Shown here in pieces: positions 1 through 13,825 of a stretch of DNA of 64,000 nt; position 1 is the first letter of the stretch, and each line of letters begins with the position of its first letter. Source of the stretch: Octopus sinensis (taxonomy: Eukaryota). The notes beneath the pieces were generated by a model. The model searched no databases. It saw only the letters and a list, made by a program, of their open reading frames with translations, and was not told the DNA's origin. The stretch covers positions 82,646,001 to 82,710,000 of the forward strand of contig NC_043001.1 in the NCBI RefSeq assembly GCF_006345805.1. The letters run 5' to 3'. The position numbers were made by a program, and so were the translations under genes.

Positions 1-250
1 TGTTTATTTTTTCCGAGGTTACCGTGGGATTTTTTCGTAGGTTTTTCTTTCCACGGATAGCCCTAGTCAGTGTTATATTTTCTCCCCCTTCTGGGAATTT
101 CTGTTGTTAAAACGTTACCTTGTTATCTCTTTGTATACACGTCCCAAAACGTTTTCGATCCCTATTGATCGGTTTTGAAAAGAAACCGATCAATACATTG
201 TATTGTCCTCTCTGTGTTCGGCCCTGCGTGGTCAAATAAAGAAATCTATT
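1..250 (+). mobile_element. 3' UTR end of a Tx1/L1-like LINE (same family as 44858-45661)
   Basis: ccgaggttaccgtgg...tttctttccacgg (13-55) and gtcctctctgtgttcggccctgcgtggtcaaataaagaaat match the reverse complement of 44860-45155, which lies downstream of a CCHC-bearing ORF2 C-terminus. Confidence 0.75.
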
Positions 251-285
251 TATACATCCATAATTCTCCATTTTCTTTCTTTCAT

Positions 286-286
<1 letters not shown>

Positions 287-344
<58 letters not shown>

Positions 345-669
345 ATGCATGTGTGTGTCTTTGTGACTGTGTCCTGTAGAACCGCTTGACAACCAAATCC
401 ATTCGCAAGGCTTTAGTCGGCACCAGACTATGGCACAGTTCTAGACACTTGCCCAAGGTGCCACACAGTGGAACTGAAAGCAGGAGCACGCAGTTGGGAA
501 GAAATATTCTTACCATACAGCTTCTCCTGTGTCTGCACATCCACTGCATATATAGTGAAATTACAATAAATGAAAATTATACGTCACTACACCAAATAAT
601 ACACATGAATTTAAGACAGAAGAGAAACAAGAAAATTGTTTAACGATTTCAAATCCCGGTTTATATGGA

Positions 670-701
<32 letters not shown>

Positions 702-733
702 GCGCGCGCGTGTGTGTGTGTGTGTGCGTGTGC

Positions 734-800
<67 letters not shown>
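287..800. repeat. (GT)n microsatellites at 287-358 and 668-800
   Basis: Direct reading. Confidence 0.95.
380..535 (-). mobile_element. SINE family A, 5' part (tRNA-derived head plus CORE-like cttgggcaagtgtc block)
   Basis: gacacttgcccaaggtgccacacagtggaactgaa is the reverse complement of the family A head seen full length at 36859-37256. Confidence 0.8.
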
Positions 801-1349
801 GTGTTCGTGCTAGCGTGCGTGATGCAAATTATAAAGTTTGCAGATAATTCTATATTTAAAATAAAGCGATGCTTTTAATACACTCCGAAGCTCTTTCAGT
901 TTTTTGAAAAGCTTTCACATGTACCAAAGTAATCGAATTCTAGACTACCGCCATCTCTTAGAATTTAGCAGTGGGCGGTTTCTTCATGACAGCGCCAAGT
1001 ATTTCAAAAGAATAGAAGCGTTATGAAATTCATTTGTCTTGCTAAAAGGCAAAGCAACTCACTCTAGAAAAGATATGAAACGATGATGCATATGCTAGTA
1101 AGAAGAATTATGTATTTGACCAATTTTATTTTGATTACTATTCATTTTGAATGCAAGGAAAATACATACAATTTTTATACGTTTCACTTGTCTCAGTCAT
1201 TAGACTAAAGCCATGCTGGAGCACCGCTTGGTATATTTACTGATAGTCAAGTCACGTGGTTAAGGTATTCGACTCATAGAGAGAGTAACCACAAATTCAG
1301 AGTGGGTCTGTCTGTTTGTATGTTCTGTGTGTCTATGTGCATGTGAAAG

Positions 1350-1575
1350 CACAGAGCTTAATGGTTAGGAGTATTCGGCTCCCAATCGTAAGGTCGTAAG
1401 GTCGATTCCGGGCGGCACGTTGTGTCCTTGAGCATAACACTTTATATTACGTTGCTCCAGTCCATTCAGCTGACAAAAATGAGTTGTACCTGTAATTCAA
1501 AGGAACAGTCATGTGACATTCTGTGTCATGCTGAATCCCCCTTGAGAACTACGTAAAAGGTACGCCTGCGTGTAT
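1350..1575 (+). mobile_element. tRNA-derived CORE-type SINE, diverged
   Basis: A-box-like cttaatggttagg, B-box-like ggtcgattcc, then gttgtgtccttgagc...ttacgttgctccagtcc, shared with SINE family C. Confidence 0.7.
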
Positions 1576-1594
1576 GTGCGGGGGGGGGTGTAAT

Positions 1595-1720
1595 TAAATG
1601 ATTATTCTGGAGCATATTTACCATCTACTTCAATTACTGCTTCCCATTTGCTTGGCAGGCGGTCAGACTGTCATTTAAAGATGTTTTTGTTTAAAGATGC
1701 TTTCAGAAATTTGAACTAGG
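1595..1720 (-). mobile_element. mariner transposase 3' remnant
   Basis: Minus strand reads DRLPSKWEAVIEVDGKYAPE*, resembling the mariner C-terminal L..RW..V...G.Y motif. Confidence 0.5.
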
Positions 1721-1837
1721 AACTTTTATGCTTCTTTTTTCTTCTTTCTTTCCATCACCTTATTCTTTTATTCGTTTCTTCTATGTCATCATCTCATTAA
1801 TATATACCATTCTCATTTTCCCTATTTTTCCCTATTT

Positions 1838-1893
1838 GTCTCTGATGACGGATTATCCCATACTCGGGGATATACCAGAAATAGCAATAAGAT
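1838..1893 (+). ncRNA. Minimal type I hammerhead-ribozyme motif (partly decayed)
   Basis: gtct-CTGATGA-c-gg..tatccc/gggata..cc-a-GAAA-tagcaa-TA-agat: stem I gtct/agat, stem II tatccc/gggata plus gg/cc, near-palindromic stem III. Confidence 0.55.
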
Positions 1894-2139
1894 TATGAAT
1901 TTTTACCAATAATAATATTGTATACGACTTGAAATGTTTGCCTTGCCTTAATGTTTGCTGTCTTGCTTAACAATTATGTATCTGCTGCATTGGAAATCTG
2001 CAATGGCTCCATAACTACCGTCTCGGCTGTGACCTTGGAGTCCAAGTAATCCGTTACAGCACCTACATCGTGTACCTAATCGTTTAGATCACCTGTGAAC
2101 TAAATCCCTATACTTTATACATATACATATATAAACATA

Positions 2140-2417
<278 letters not shown>

Positions 2418-2869
2418 TGCCGTATATACGACTGGGTGTACTAGACGACCCCTAGGATTTCCATTTAAAAAGTGCGTTATGAGCTATACCTACTGTATAA
2501 GACTGCCCCAAGTTTTCGTGTAAAATAGCTCGAGCGCTGAATGCGCAAGGTTCATAGCAAAAGGGGTCGGGTGAGCTGTAGCTTCTCCAACGGCTCCTGC
2601 AGCCTCTGCTTCTTTGTGTTTCAATAGCATTTTAACTGTTACAATCACAGAATGTACCGGTATATGCTGCTAATTTGCCGTAGCAGTTATAGATTATTTA
2701 CCGTAAGCTACTCTTGTCCTGAAAGCCCTCGGCTGGCTGAGCGTTGTATGAGAGAGCGCTCTAACGAGGCAGTATTAACAGAACGGACCCTGGGATCCAG
2801 CTGAACGGACTGATTGCTTGCATTTTCTATTCGTCAGCTGTTGCAAATGGCGACTTGTATCTGTCCACA

Positions 2870-3101
2870 AAGTTTGCTGCGCTGTTATTTTAATATAATC
2901 TTACTATTAATCCAGCTTCCTAGGCATACGCATAAGTATCATTTGAAACATTGGGTTGTAAAACTATAGGGTCTATGTGAATGCTTTACGGTGTTCTCCA
3001 TCGATAGGTGCAAGTATCAGTAGAAAATACTGCGCCGTAGAACCATAAGATCTATGCGAGTTTTTTACACTGTTCTCCATTGACACGGGTTTTACTCTAA
3101 A
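2870..3101 (+). repeat. 232-bp segment duplicated at 10900-11131
   Basis: About 12 differences counted by eye over ~232 bp (~95% identity). Confidence 0.9.
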
Positions 3102-3236
3102 CCACAGGAAGTTAAGGTCCAGAGCTTATACGGAGTATATAAGACGATCCCTAGTTTTGGGGTGAATTGTTAAAGTTCAAATTCTGTCCTGTACGCCGGT
3201 ATATTACATATATATATATATATATATATATGTATA

Positions 3237-3390
3237 ACGACAGGCCTCTTATATTTTCAGGACCAAATCTACTCACGGCCCCGGGCAGTAGTAGAAGACA
3301 TTTGCTGAAGCTGCCGCATAATGGGACTGATCCCAAGACCACATGGTTGGGAAGCAAGCTTCCTTTCCACATAACTATGCCTGCATCTAT
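3237..3390 (-). mobile_element. SINE family A, 5' part
   Basis: agtagaagacatttg...gggactgatcccaagaccacatggttgggaagcaagctt matches the reverse complement of the head. Confidence 0.8.
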
Positions 3391-4229
3391 ATGTTTAAAT
3401 AAAATGAAAAACATCAGGTGGGTGCCTACGATTGGAACATAGGTCCGCTTGGTCACAACTCTCCCGGAGCTAAAAAAGTATAACTATAGCATCAACAACA
3501 GTAACAATGGCAACAGCAATAAGGATAACAATAACTAGGGTTTTCTGAGAAGGTTTTCTGTAATAAACTGTTCTGCGAGGAGATGTTTCTACTTCTTTTG
3601 GTTCGAGAAAACTACAGATATGGGAGATATATGGACATTTTCTATAAAGTTCGATAATAAAATTTCCGAATCGTGTAACATTAAACCCAGAAAAGTAATA
3701 ATCTAGAAGGAATTTGGTAACCTGTTTAAGGAATTTGGATGAAGAAAGGAATTACTTAGCGATAACTCATTGAAGATTTTTCTCTTTAAACACTGATTCA
3801 ATTGCTGATGCATTAGAGCGATTTCACTTTATATACCTTACGCCTATTCAAAGGGTTCAGGCTTAGGAATGAATATAAGCTATAAATCTCACTGCTTCTT
3901 ATACTTCGACCTCAACAATATAAGCGATAAATCATAGACGTAGCTTGTATATTTATTCTTTTATTCTTATATTCTTTTTACTGGTTTCAGTCATTGGACT
4001 GCAGCTGGGGCCCCACCTTAAAGGTTTTTGGACAATCATATCGACTGCAGTACTTATTTTGATCTGATACTTATTTAATCGATCAATATTTATCGAGCGG
4101 CTAGTTTACCTTTCACGTATATACACACGTATATAAATACATGTATATTTAGATATGTATAGGTGAATATGTGTGTGTGGGTGTGAATCTATGTGCATGT
4201 ATATGCATGCATGCATGTATGCATATGTA

Positions 4230-4458
4230 TGTGAGTGCATATATATATATAGAGAGAGAGAGAGAGAAAAAGAGAGAGAGAGAGATACAAACATTTATGT
4301 ACAGAGAGAAAGGGAGAGAGAGAGAGAGAGATACACACATTTATGTACACATAGAAAGAGAAAGAGAGAAAGAGATACATTATTACACGTACAGATATAT
4401 GAGTACATATATATTTACATACACATGCACACACAGATTGATAGACAGATAGATAGAC

Positions 4459-4547
<89 letters not shown>

Positions 4548-4711
4548 CGTACATACATACATACGTGCATGCATACATATAGATACGTACATACATACAT
4601 ACGTGCATGCATACATACATACATACATACATACATACATACATACATACATACATACATACATACATACATACATACATACATACATACATACATACAT
4701 ACATACATACA

Positions 4712-4742
<31 letters not shown>
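4230..4742. repeat. (GA)n/(GATA)n/(TACA)n compound microsatellite
   Basis: Direct reading. Confidence 0.95.
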
Positions 4743-4743
<1 letters not shown>

Positions 4744-4759
4744 CAAAACCATACTATCA

Positions 4760-4915
4760 AACACGACAGGCTTCCCAAAACTTCCCGTGTATCAAACGCT
4801 AATCTTCAGCTATTGGTAAAACCGAAGTTATTGTAGTAAACATAACAGAAGGTGCCACGCCGTGGGATTGAACTTGGAACCATGCCGTTGCTGATCGAAC
4901 TTCTTAAGCACAAAA
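4760..4915 (-). mobile_element. Diverged family A-like SINE fragment
   Basis: aaggtgccacgccgtgggattgaacttggaaccatg. Confidence 0.55.
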
Positions 4916-5111
4916 CCACAAAACCACAAAACCAAACCTGGTACATTTCCACGGTCAATTAGTGTTTATTAGTAACAGAATACGAACTAACATCTCTTCG
5001 GTTTGCAGACCGGCGTTTTATCAATTCAGTTTCATTACATTAATCAAACAAACGAGGTAGCCTACCGACCTTAGACCACCTCTTGTCCTATGACACAAAC
5101 TTCTTGTTTTC

Positions 5112-5519
5112 AGGCGGCGAGCTGGCAGAAACGTTAGCACGCCGGGCGAAATGCTTAGCAGTATTTCGCTCGGCGCTACGTACTGAGTTCATATTCCACC
5201 GAGGTCGACTTTGCCTTTCATCCTTTCGGGGTCGATTAAATAAGTACCAGTTACGCACTGGAGTCGATATAATCCGGTTGTCTGTCCTTGTTTGTCCTCT
5301 CTGTGTTTAGCCCCTTGTGGGTAATAAAGAAATAAGTATTTCATCTGCCGCTACGTTCTGAGTTCAAATTCCGCCGAGGTCGACTTTGCTTTCATCCTTT
5401 CGGGGTCGATTAAATAAGTACCAGTTACACACTGGGGTCGATATAATCGACTTAATCCATTCGTCTGTCCTTGTTTGTCCTCTCTGTGTGTAGCCCCTTG
5501 TGGGCAGTAAAGAAATAAC
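5112..5519 (+). mobile_element. SINE family B, dimeric form (tail 1 + tail 1)
   Basis: Head aggcggcgagctggcagaaacgttagc; central gcctttcatcctttcggggtcgattaaataagtaccag present twice; tail gtcctctctgtgtttagccccttgtggg..aataaagaaat present twice. Confidence 0.9.
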
Positions 5520-5544
5520 AAACTTCTTGATTTAAAATGGCCAA

Positions 5545-5925
5545 AATTAAGGCCACACACCAAAATGTTATGCTTATTTGTGTCCCAAACACCTACTTAA
5601 TAATGACAACGCTATTCTACTGAATTTGTTATTATTTTCCAAGTTAACTGAAACGGAAGCATTGCATTTCAGTAGAAATATGGTAACAAAAGGTTTAAAG
5701 TGATCTAAATTAAAACCTTCCTTCAAAATTTCATTTTAATTTATGTTTCATTAGTTAATTAAATAATGACAGCTATTTTTAAAATTCATTATTATTTAAA
5801 AAATTTATTGAAACAAAAGCGGTGTTATTTTTCAACAGAAATATGGTAACAAAAGGACTAAAGTGATCTAAAATATAAATTTCCATCAAAATGTCATGTT
5901 ATTTTCTAAATACTAGCTTAAAGCC
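5545..5925 (+). repeat. Two tandem ~167-bp units of a MITE/satellite-like repeat
   Basis: agaaatatggtaacaaaagg..taaagtgatctaaa recurs at ~5673 and ~5838, with aligned flanks (aataatgaca..ctatt). Confidence 0.7.
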
Positions 5926-6579
5926 TCCACTACGAATCCTTTGTGAACTTTGCAACAGACACTTCGGCTTCATTAGTCATCAGATGCATAAATACGGACA
6001 GAGGGGAAGAAGTGGGCAAGAAGAATCCAAATAAATTATCGAACACACGATAAAACACCGACGACTAAATTAATAATTTTTTTCTTTTTTTCTTACAAAA
6101 GTCTTCGTTAATTTCAAAATCTTGACATTTGACTTGCAACAAATAACAGTGAATTCTACGTTAAATCACACCCTGCCATCTTAAGAAAAAAAAAAAGACG
6201 TTGGTTACTATGGTCTAAGATATACTAACTTTGTAAATAAGTGGGAATTGTCATGACTGGAACGCTTTTTACCTTAGGTCTGCTTGGTAAACTGAACTGA
6301 AGCTAAACGACACCAGCAGAAATAAGAGCTGTAACACCATCAATCAATCTATAACAGAAATAAGATCGATATGACGATGAAAGATTTACAAACGATTATT
6401 TGTGATTATTTCGTGTCTACTGGTCTCTAAGATATACAAGACACCAATGAAAAGATATCTTTTGATATTAATGATATCAGCTTCTGAAGATTCTCACATT
6501 GTCTTTATATTCTAACATTAAAAGGCTTCGTTTTCGCCCCACGGGACCTAAGTAATTTTTGAGATTATTATTTGCTTGG

Positions 6580-6705
6580 AGAAGGCGGCAAGCTGACAGA
6601 ATCGTTAATGCGCCAGACAAAGTTTAGCGGCACTGGCCTCGATATAATCGATTTATCCCCTCTCTTAAAAATGCTAGCCCTGAGCTAAAAGTTGAATGCT
6701 ATCAT
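6580..6705 (+). mobile_element. SINE family B, internally deleted and diverged
   Basis: aaggcggcaagctgacagaatcgttaatgcgcc head; gatataatcgatttatcccc. Confidence 0.6.
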
Positions 6706-6711
6706 TATTAT

Positions 6712-6808
6712 TGAGAGAGCAGTGCATGCCATCAAAGAGACACTGGGGTAAAATATACGAAACCCAGTATACCCATCATGACTATCTGTCTGATAAGGGT
6801 ACACCAGG
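6712..6808 (-). mobile_element. 3' terminus of a Dong/R4-associated UTR ending in (AAT)n (homologous to 23370-23440)
   Basis: Reverse complement cctggtgtacccttatcagacagatagtcatgatgggtatac matches 23378-23420; abuts a tta tract. Confidence 0.65.
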
Positions 6809-7015
6809 TAATCATATCTCTGGTATTACTAACATATGATTAGAATGTGGCAGGAAAGAATCGCAAGTCGAACCAACAGGCAGTAGACCTAGAGGAAAAC
6901 CGAGAACGAGGTGCTTGGTTAAAATCTATTGTCTCGGTTGGTTACCTTTGGAAATCCAACAGGAAAATCTAATGACGATTGCTTCTGATAAGACTCCATG
7001 AGAAGGGTCCCTGAG

Positions 7016-7183
7016 TAGGGTCGTCTTAACAGCATTATAGGTCCCAGGCAAATCAGTGCTCTGGATTCTGTAAGATTTATTTGTTGACAGCAAACCACAG
7101 CATACATAGATTAGAACTGGGCCCTTAGACCCGTCAGTCCCTTGGACAACTGCTCTGCGTATCCATACCTTAACACGGCACTG
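7016..7183 (+). mobile_element. 168-bp MITE-like element with imperfect 14-bp TIRs
   Basis: 5' tagggtcgtcttaa versus reverse complement of 3' end cagtgccgtgttaa; 8-bp flanks tccctgag/tttctgat match 5 of 8; interior is homologous to the unit of the 53921-54515 array. Confidence 0.65.
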
Positions 7184-7420
7184 TTTCTGATAACTGTCCC
7201 ACCCTCCCAGGAATATTGAGCGGAGAAAACGGATAGATGCTTGCATACGATTCATCATGCAGTAACTGGGTAATTATCATTTTGTTATAAATAAGACTGG
7301 ATGAGTCAGATTGTTGCAAACTTAGTGCAGAGTACAGCAGTAAAATCTTCCATATTATAAACGGCGATTCGTGTGGTGGTAGTAAACTTGGCCTGGTGAT
7401 AATAGTATCTTTGTAATTCT

Positions 7421-7833
7421 GCAGTGAGCTGGCAGAATCGTTTGCACACCGGGTGAAATGCTTAGCCGTATTTCGTCTGCCGTTACGTTCTGAGTTCAAA
7501 TGCCGCTGAGGTCGACTTTGCCTTTCATCCTTCCGGGGTCGATAAATTAAGTACCAGATACGCACTGGGGTCGATATAATCGGCTTAATCCTTTTGTCTG
7601 TCCTTGTTTGTCCTCTCTGTGTTTAGCCCCTTGTTGGTAGTAAAGAAATAGGTATTTCGTCTGCTGTTACGTTCTGAGTTTAAATTCTTCCGAGATCGAC
7701 TTTGCCTTTCATCCTTTCGGGATCGTTTAAATAAGTGACAGATACGCACTGTAGTCGATGTAATCAGCTTAATCCTTTTGTCTGTCCTTGTTTGTTCCCT
7801 CTATGTTTAGCCTCCTGTGGGCAATAAAGAAAT
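7421..7833 (+). mobile_element. SINE family B, dimeric form
   Basis: Same dimer junction aaagaaataggtatttcgtctg as the copies at 5112 and 52949. Confidence 0.9.
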
Positions 7834-7852
7834 AAATATAGATAATATTTTA

Positions 7853-8065
7853 AGGCGGCGAGTTGGCAGAAACGTTAGCACGCCGGGTGAAATGTTTAGT
7901 GATAATTCGTCTGTCTTTATGTTCTGAGTCCAAATTCCTCCGAGGCCGACTTTGCCTTTCATCCTTTCGGGGTCGATAAATTAAGTACCAGTTGCATACT
8001 GGAGTCGATCTAATCGTCTGGTTCCCACCCCAAAAATTTCGGGCTTTGTGCCTAGAGTAGAAATA
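7853..8065 (+). mobile_element. SINE family B monomer with tail 2
   Basis: Family B head and centre followed by ccccaaaaatttcgggctttgtgcctagagtagaaa. Confidence 0.9.
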
Positions 8066-8909
8066 ATATAGCTAATATTTTACCTTTTTATTGTTGTTGC
8101 TATTCTAGTTGTCATCTTGGTTTGCTCCAGTCACGCTGCGTGTTTGCTGTTGAAATATTTGTCAACCTGTAAAATGTGATGGTGGTGCGGGGATGGTTGC
8201 CGCACACTTACAAACAATCTGTTAACCAGCTCTATTGAATCACATCAGAATTTTTAAGTAAGCAATAATTTTTGTATTGTACTCCTACCTTAACATTATG
8301 CTGTTAAGTAAACGAATAAATAACTTATGGTCTTAGTTGCTTAAGATAACAATGCGATGTACTAGTGAATCTATGTGTGTATAGATAGATACATACATGG
8401 ATCTTTTCAATCTGTTACAGATTTTTTTAGTTAATTTTTTTTTAACTAAAGAGTTTGAAACTTCGGATACTGGTTGAATGTGTCACGTAGAACACAGTTT
8501 ACTCTTAACACTTTTGACAAAATTTTGTATTTTAGAAGTTATTTCGTATTAAAGTTGTATTTGGGTAATTTTAACCAATCAAGGACGTGTATTCATCCAA
8601 TGACTCCGGGATGCAAAATTGATGTAGATGTAAATGTATGTTCAACTTACTTGGCAAGCCAATTATTACTTATCTCTTTGAAATGCTCTCCGTTTGGACA
8701 TTTTATTTTATTCTTTTATTCCTTTCAGCCATGCAGATGCGGTCATGCTGGAGTACCACCGTTATTCCTTATCTGCCACATTTAAGTGTTTCAATGTCCT
8801 ACATTAAATCTTTCAAAATTATAAATGACTTTGATAAATTTTTGTTTCATACGATAGCGATACTCAGCATTCCCCCTACTACACACACTCAGACAGATGG
8901 ACAGACTGT

Positions 8910-9410
<501 letters not shown>

Positions 9411-9621
9411 GCACACAAACACATTGTATCATATTATATTATATCAAAAGTTTGCTCATAGCTCTCCACTACAGCCGTGAATAATCAAGAGGCGACTATC
9501 AACATTTAATATAATAAATATATCCAGTCACTACATTTAACATATTGAGTCTTATCTTAAGTAAAGTTTGCGCGATATGAAATATAAATTTATATACTTT
9601 ATAACTCTTGCATCATGTTTT

Positions 9622-9835
9622 TAGGACGGCAAGCGGCAAGAATCGTTAACACAAGGCAAAATGCTTAGCGGCATTTTGCCCGTCTTTCTGTTCTGAATTC
9701 AAATTCCGCCGTGGTCGACTTTTCCTGTCATCCTTCGAGGAGCGATAAAATAAGTATTTGTTGGTACTGCAGGGTACGATGTAATCAAATAGACCCTTTC
9801 CCAAAATCTAAGGCTTTGTGCCTATAGTAGAAAAA
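9622..9835 (+). mobile_element. SINE family B monomer with tail 2, diverged
   Basis: gttctgaattcaaattccgccgtggtcgacttttcctgtcatccttcg...ggctttgtgcctatagtagaaa. Confidence 0.85.
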
Positions 9836-9846
9836 AAGAAATGTTC

Positions 9847-9895
<49 letters not shown>

Positions 9896-10600
9896 GTAAT
9901 ATATATATATACATTATATCATATTTGTTATATTTATATTATATATTATGTAATCAAATTATACCAAATATTTAAAATACGAAAATAGTTTAAAGGAAAA
10001 GAGATTTTTCCGCGTTTTATTAAAAAGTTTCACGGTGTGCGTGTGTGTGTGTGTGTGCGCGCGCGCGCGTGTGTGTATTTGTGTGTGTGTGTGCTCTGTT
10101 TATGTTTACAGTCTGAAAAGTCAGTATAATTTACGTCAATTTTTTTTATGTTCTTTATCAGAGCTGGTTCAATATCTGTTATTATTGAATCAATATTTGA
10201 AAACGATGTTAATGGTTTTACTGTGGCTACAAAATGGCTCTTTAACAAAATTATGAAAAAGCTTTAAAATATTACGTTATGGGCAACTGTACGAAGCAGT
10301 TAGCTATAGTAGATGTACTATATGGTTTTGTGTATTTGTAGGCTGACTATGAAGGAGTGATGTTAGAGCTATGAAATCTTACATGCATTAATTTCAACAT
10401 TTTTTTATTAAGAATTGCATTGCTTCTTTCCAGATAAACTAAGATTTGACTGTTCATATAAGAGTTCAAAAGTAACTAGTAGCGATATCTCTTTAAAAAT
10501 TTGGCATCATGGTTTTATCGAGTAACAGCATAAAAAGGATTTAGCACCCAAAAACATTCATGCTGACATCGTTTAGGGATGACGCACCAGCTTTATGAAC

Positions 10601-11216
10601 AGGCGCAGGTGTGGCTGTGTGGCAAGTAGCTTACTTTCCAACCACATAGTTCCGGATTCACTCCTACTGCGTGGCACATTGGGCAAGTGTCTTCTACTAC
10701 AGCCTCGGGCCGACCAAAGCCTTGTGAGTGGATTTGGTAGACGGAAACTGAAAGAAGCCCGTCGTATATATGTATGTGTATATATATGTGTATCTGTGCT
10801 CGTGTGTCTGTGTTTGTCCCCCCAACATCGCTTGACAACCGATGCTGGTGAGTTTACGTCCCCGTAACTTAGTAGTTTAGCAAACGAGACCGATAGAATA
10901 AGTTTGCTGCGCTGTTATTTTAATATAATCTTACTATTAATCAGGCTTCCTAAACATACGCGTAAGTATCAGTTGAAAACATTGGGTTGTAAAACTATAG
11001 GGTCTATGTGAATGCTTTACGGTGTTCTCCATCGATATGTGCAAGTATCAGTAGAAATACTGCGCCGTAGAACCATAAGATCTATGCGAGTTCTTTACAC
11101 TGTTCTCCATTGACACGGTTGTTACTCTAAAGAATAAGTCCTGGGTTAGATTTGCTCGACAAAAGGCGGTGCTCCAGCATGACTGCAGTCAAATGGCTGA
11201 AACAAGTAAAAGAGTA
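10601..11216 (+). mobile_element. SINE family A, full length, carrying a 232-bp internal insertion
   Basis: Head aggcgcaggtgtggctgtgtgg to tail caagtaaaagagta; foreign sequence at 10900-11131. Confidence 0.9.
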
Positions 11217-11289
11217 CAAAAGCGGTCAGCTAAATTTTGAAGGGAAAGAGGGAGTCTTGAAGATGTTCCAAGTTCTGGACACCCTGCAA

Positions 11290-12180
11290 GTGCTAACACC
11301 AAGGAAAACATTCATAGTTTTATCCACATGGTGATGGATGATAAATCAAATAGTCAATGCTATTACTTTATCCTGTGACAGATTAGAGAATATTCTGCAC
11401 AATGAACTTGAGATGACGAAGGTTTCTACACGCTGGGTGCCACGTTTTCTTACACCCGATTAAAAGCGCACCAGGTTGATCACATCATGGAAAAATTTGA
11501 CATTGTTTCCTGCAGTTTCCTTTGAACGTTTTTAACGTTGTTTTGGGTTCATTGATTTGAGCCAGTGGACAAAAAGACAACCCGTACAGTGTAAACACCC
11601 ATCCTCGCCTACTCCTAAGAAGCCCAAAGTCGTTTCTTCTGCAGAGAATGTGGAGGTGATGGCCTCAGTAGTTTGAGATGCAAAAAGCATTGTGTTAAAT
11701 GACGATCTTGACAAGGGTCATGTAATCAATGAAGAATATTATGCCAACATGAAGAAGTTACGAAAGATCATCAAGACCATTTGAACTTGAAAACTGACGA
11801 AATGGGTCTTGTTTCATCAGGACAATGCTCCAGCACACACGTCATCAGTTTGAATGGTTATTGAGCGTGACTGTAGCTTTAAACTGGTTGATCACACTCT
11901 CTATTAACCTGATATAGCTCCATCTGGCAATCAGCTGTTCCCCAACATGAAAAAGCACTTGGGCTGGTAACCAATGTCAGAATGATGATAATGATGTCAT
12001 AAGTGCTGTTCATGACTTTTTGAGCAATAACATGAAAGCTTCACCTATGGATCAAAGCTCGACAACACTAATGGAAGAAGTGTGTGATCCACGAGGAGGA
12101 CTATGTTGAAAAACAAACCACATTTGGTCACATTTCAATAGTATCTTGATCAGCCTATGAGATTTTCAGCCGACCTCGTA
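11290..12180 (+). mobile_element. mariner element, 5'-truncated, transposase pseudogene
   Basis: Reads ILHNELEMTKVSTRWVPRFL, HQDNAPAH and a degenerate YSPDLAP box; 3' TIR ttttcagccgacctcgta; many stops. Confidence 0.9.
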
Positions 12181-12248
12181 CACACACACATACATACACA
12201 CATATATACATACATGCATACATACATACATATATATACATATATATG

Positions 12249-12335
<87 letters not shown>

Positions 12336-12338
12336 ATA

Positions 12339-12435
<97 letters not shown>

Positions 12436-12600
12436 ATATATATATATATGAGTAGCTGTGTAGTAAGTAGCTTGCTTACCAACCATATCGTTCCGAGTTC
12501 AGTCCTACTATGTTACAGAAAAGAAGCTTTATTTTTATCGTCATAGCATTTTTGATAAATAGTTATTATGTTATCATATATCTGTTTTTATAAACATAAA

Positions 12601-12680
<80 letters not shown>

Positions 12681-12803
12681 ATATATATATGTCATCATAT
12701 ATATATATATATACAATATATATGTATACATAAGCATGCATATACATGTATATAAATACATTCTTACATATATAATATACAGATATAGATACATACATAC
12801 AAG

Positions 12804-12882
<79 letters not shown>

Positions 12883-12890
12883 TATAAATA
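12180..12890. repeat. Long (TA)n tracts
   Basis: Direct reading. Confidence 0.95.
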
Positions 12891-13038
12891 TAATTATAAT
12901 AATAAGGGTTTTTTGCAACCGAAAAGTAAGTAAAAAGTAAGTAAAAAGAAATAGTAGTCTTTTGGCTGCTATTTCTAATATTTTCGGTATGTGGTTTAAG
13001 CAACTTGTTGCAAAAAAACCTTATTATTATAATTATAT
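12888..13038. mobile_element. Small TA-flanked element with a ~30-bp inverted repeat
   Basis: taattataataataagggttttttgcaac (12891-12919) versus gttgcaaaaaaaccttattattataatta (13007-13035); interior is homologous to 35069-35132. Confidence 0.65.
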
Positions 13039-13185
13039 AAATTTTTACCGAATATGGTCCTTTTCCATACCGAAATACTACTAGGTGAAATTTGTTGATT
13101 TTATTAAATTAATTATATTTCACCCTATATCTGTAATGGCATACATATATATATATATATATGTGTTTGTGTATATGCATATATA

Positions 13186-13236
<51 letters not shown>

Positions 13237-13761
13237 ATATAGTGAGATACTTGACTATACAAAAGGCTGTTAATTGTAATAAAGATCTTTCAAATAGATC
13301 CTATATACTTTTATCGCACGCCTGTCATCTTCATCATCAAGTCAATTCAACTTCAGTATATTGTTATCGTGCTACTCTAATTATTCTGACTCATTCGATT
13401 TTCATTGTATATATAACCCCACCTATATAACCCCCAAAATATATTGACTGTCATTTGAAAAGCGGATATGCCAAACTTAAGTACTCCTGCAGCTACCATT
13501 TCATGTTTTCGAACATATCAGACATGTGTGTGTAAGTGAATCAGTGTGCCTGTGTTCGTGTGTCTGTGTGTGCATATGCATGTTGCGTATGTGTGTGTGT
13601 GTGCATGTGCTTGTGTAAACATATATAGTTATACATACATGTATGCATATATATATATATATAATATATATATATATAATATATATATATGAATACTTAT
13701 ATCCGCATATATACGTACATACATATATATATATGTGTATATAAATATATATACATATATG

Positions 13762-13825
<64 letters not shown>

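Noticed and set aside
2420-3145. Tigger/pogo-like element bounded by ccgtatatac and cttatacggagtatata
   Set aside because: The termini are self-complementary and could equally be direct repeats; no readable transposase motif.
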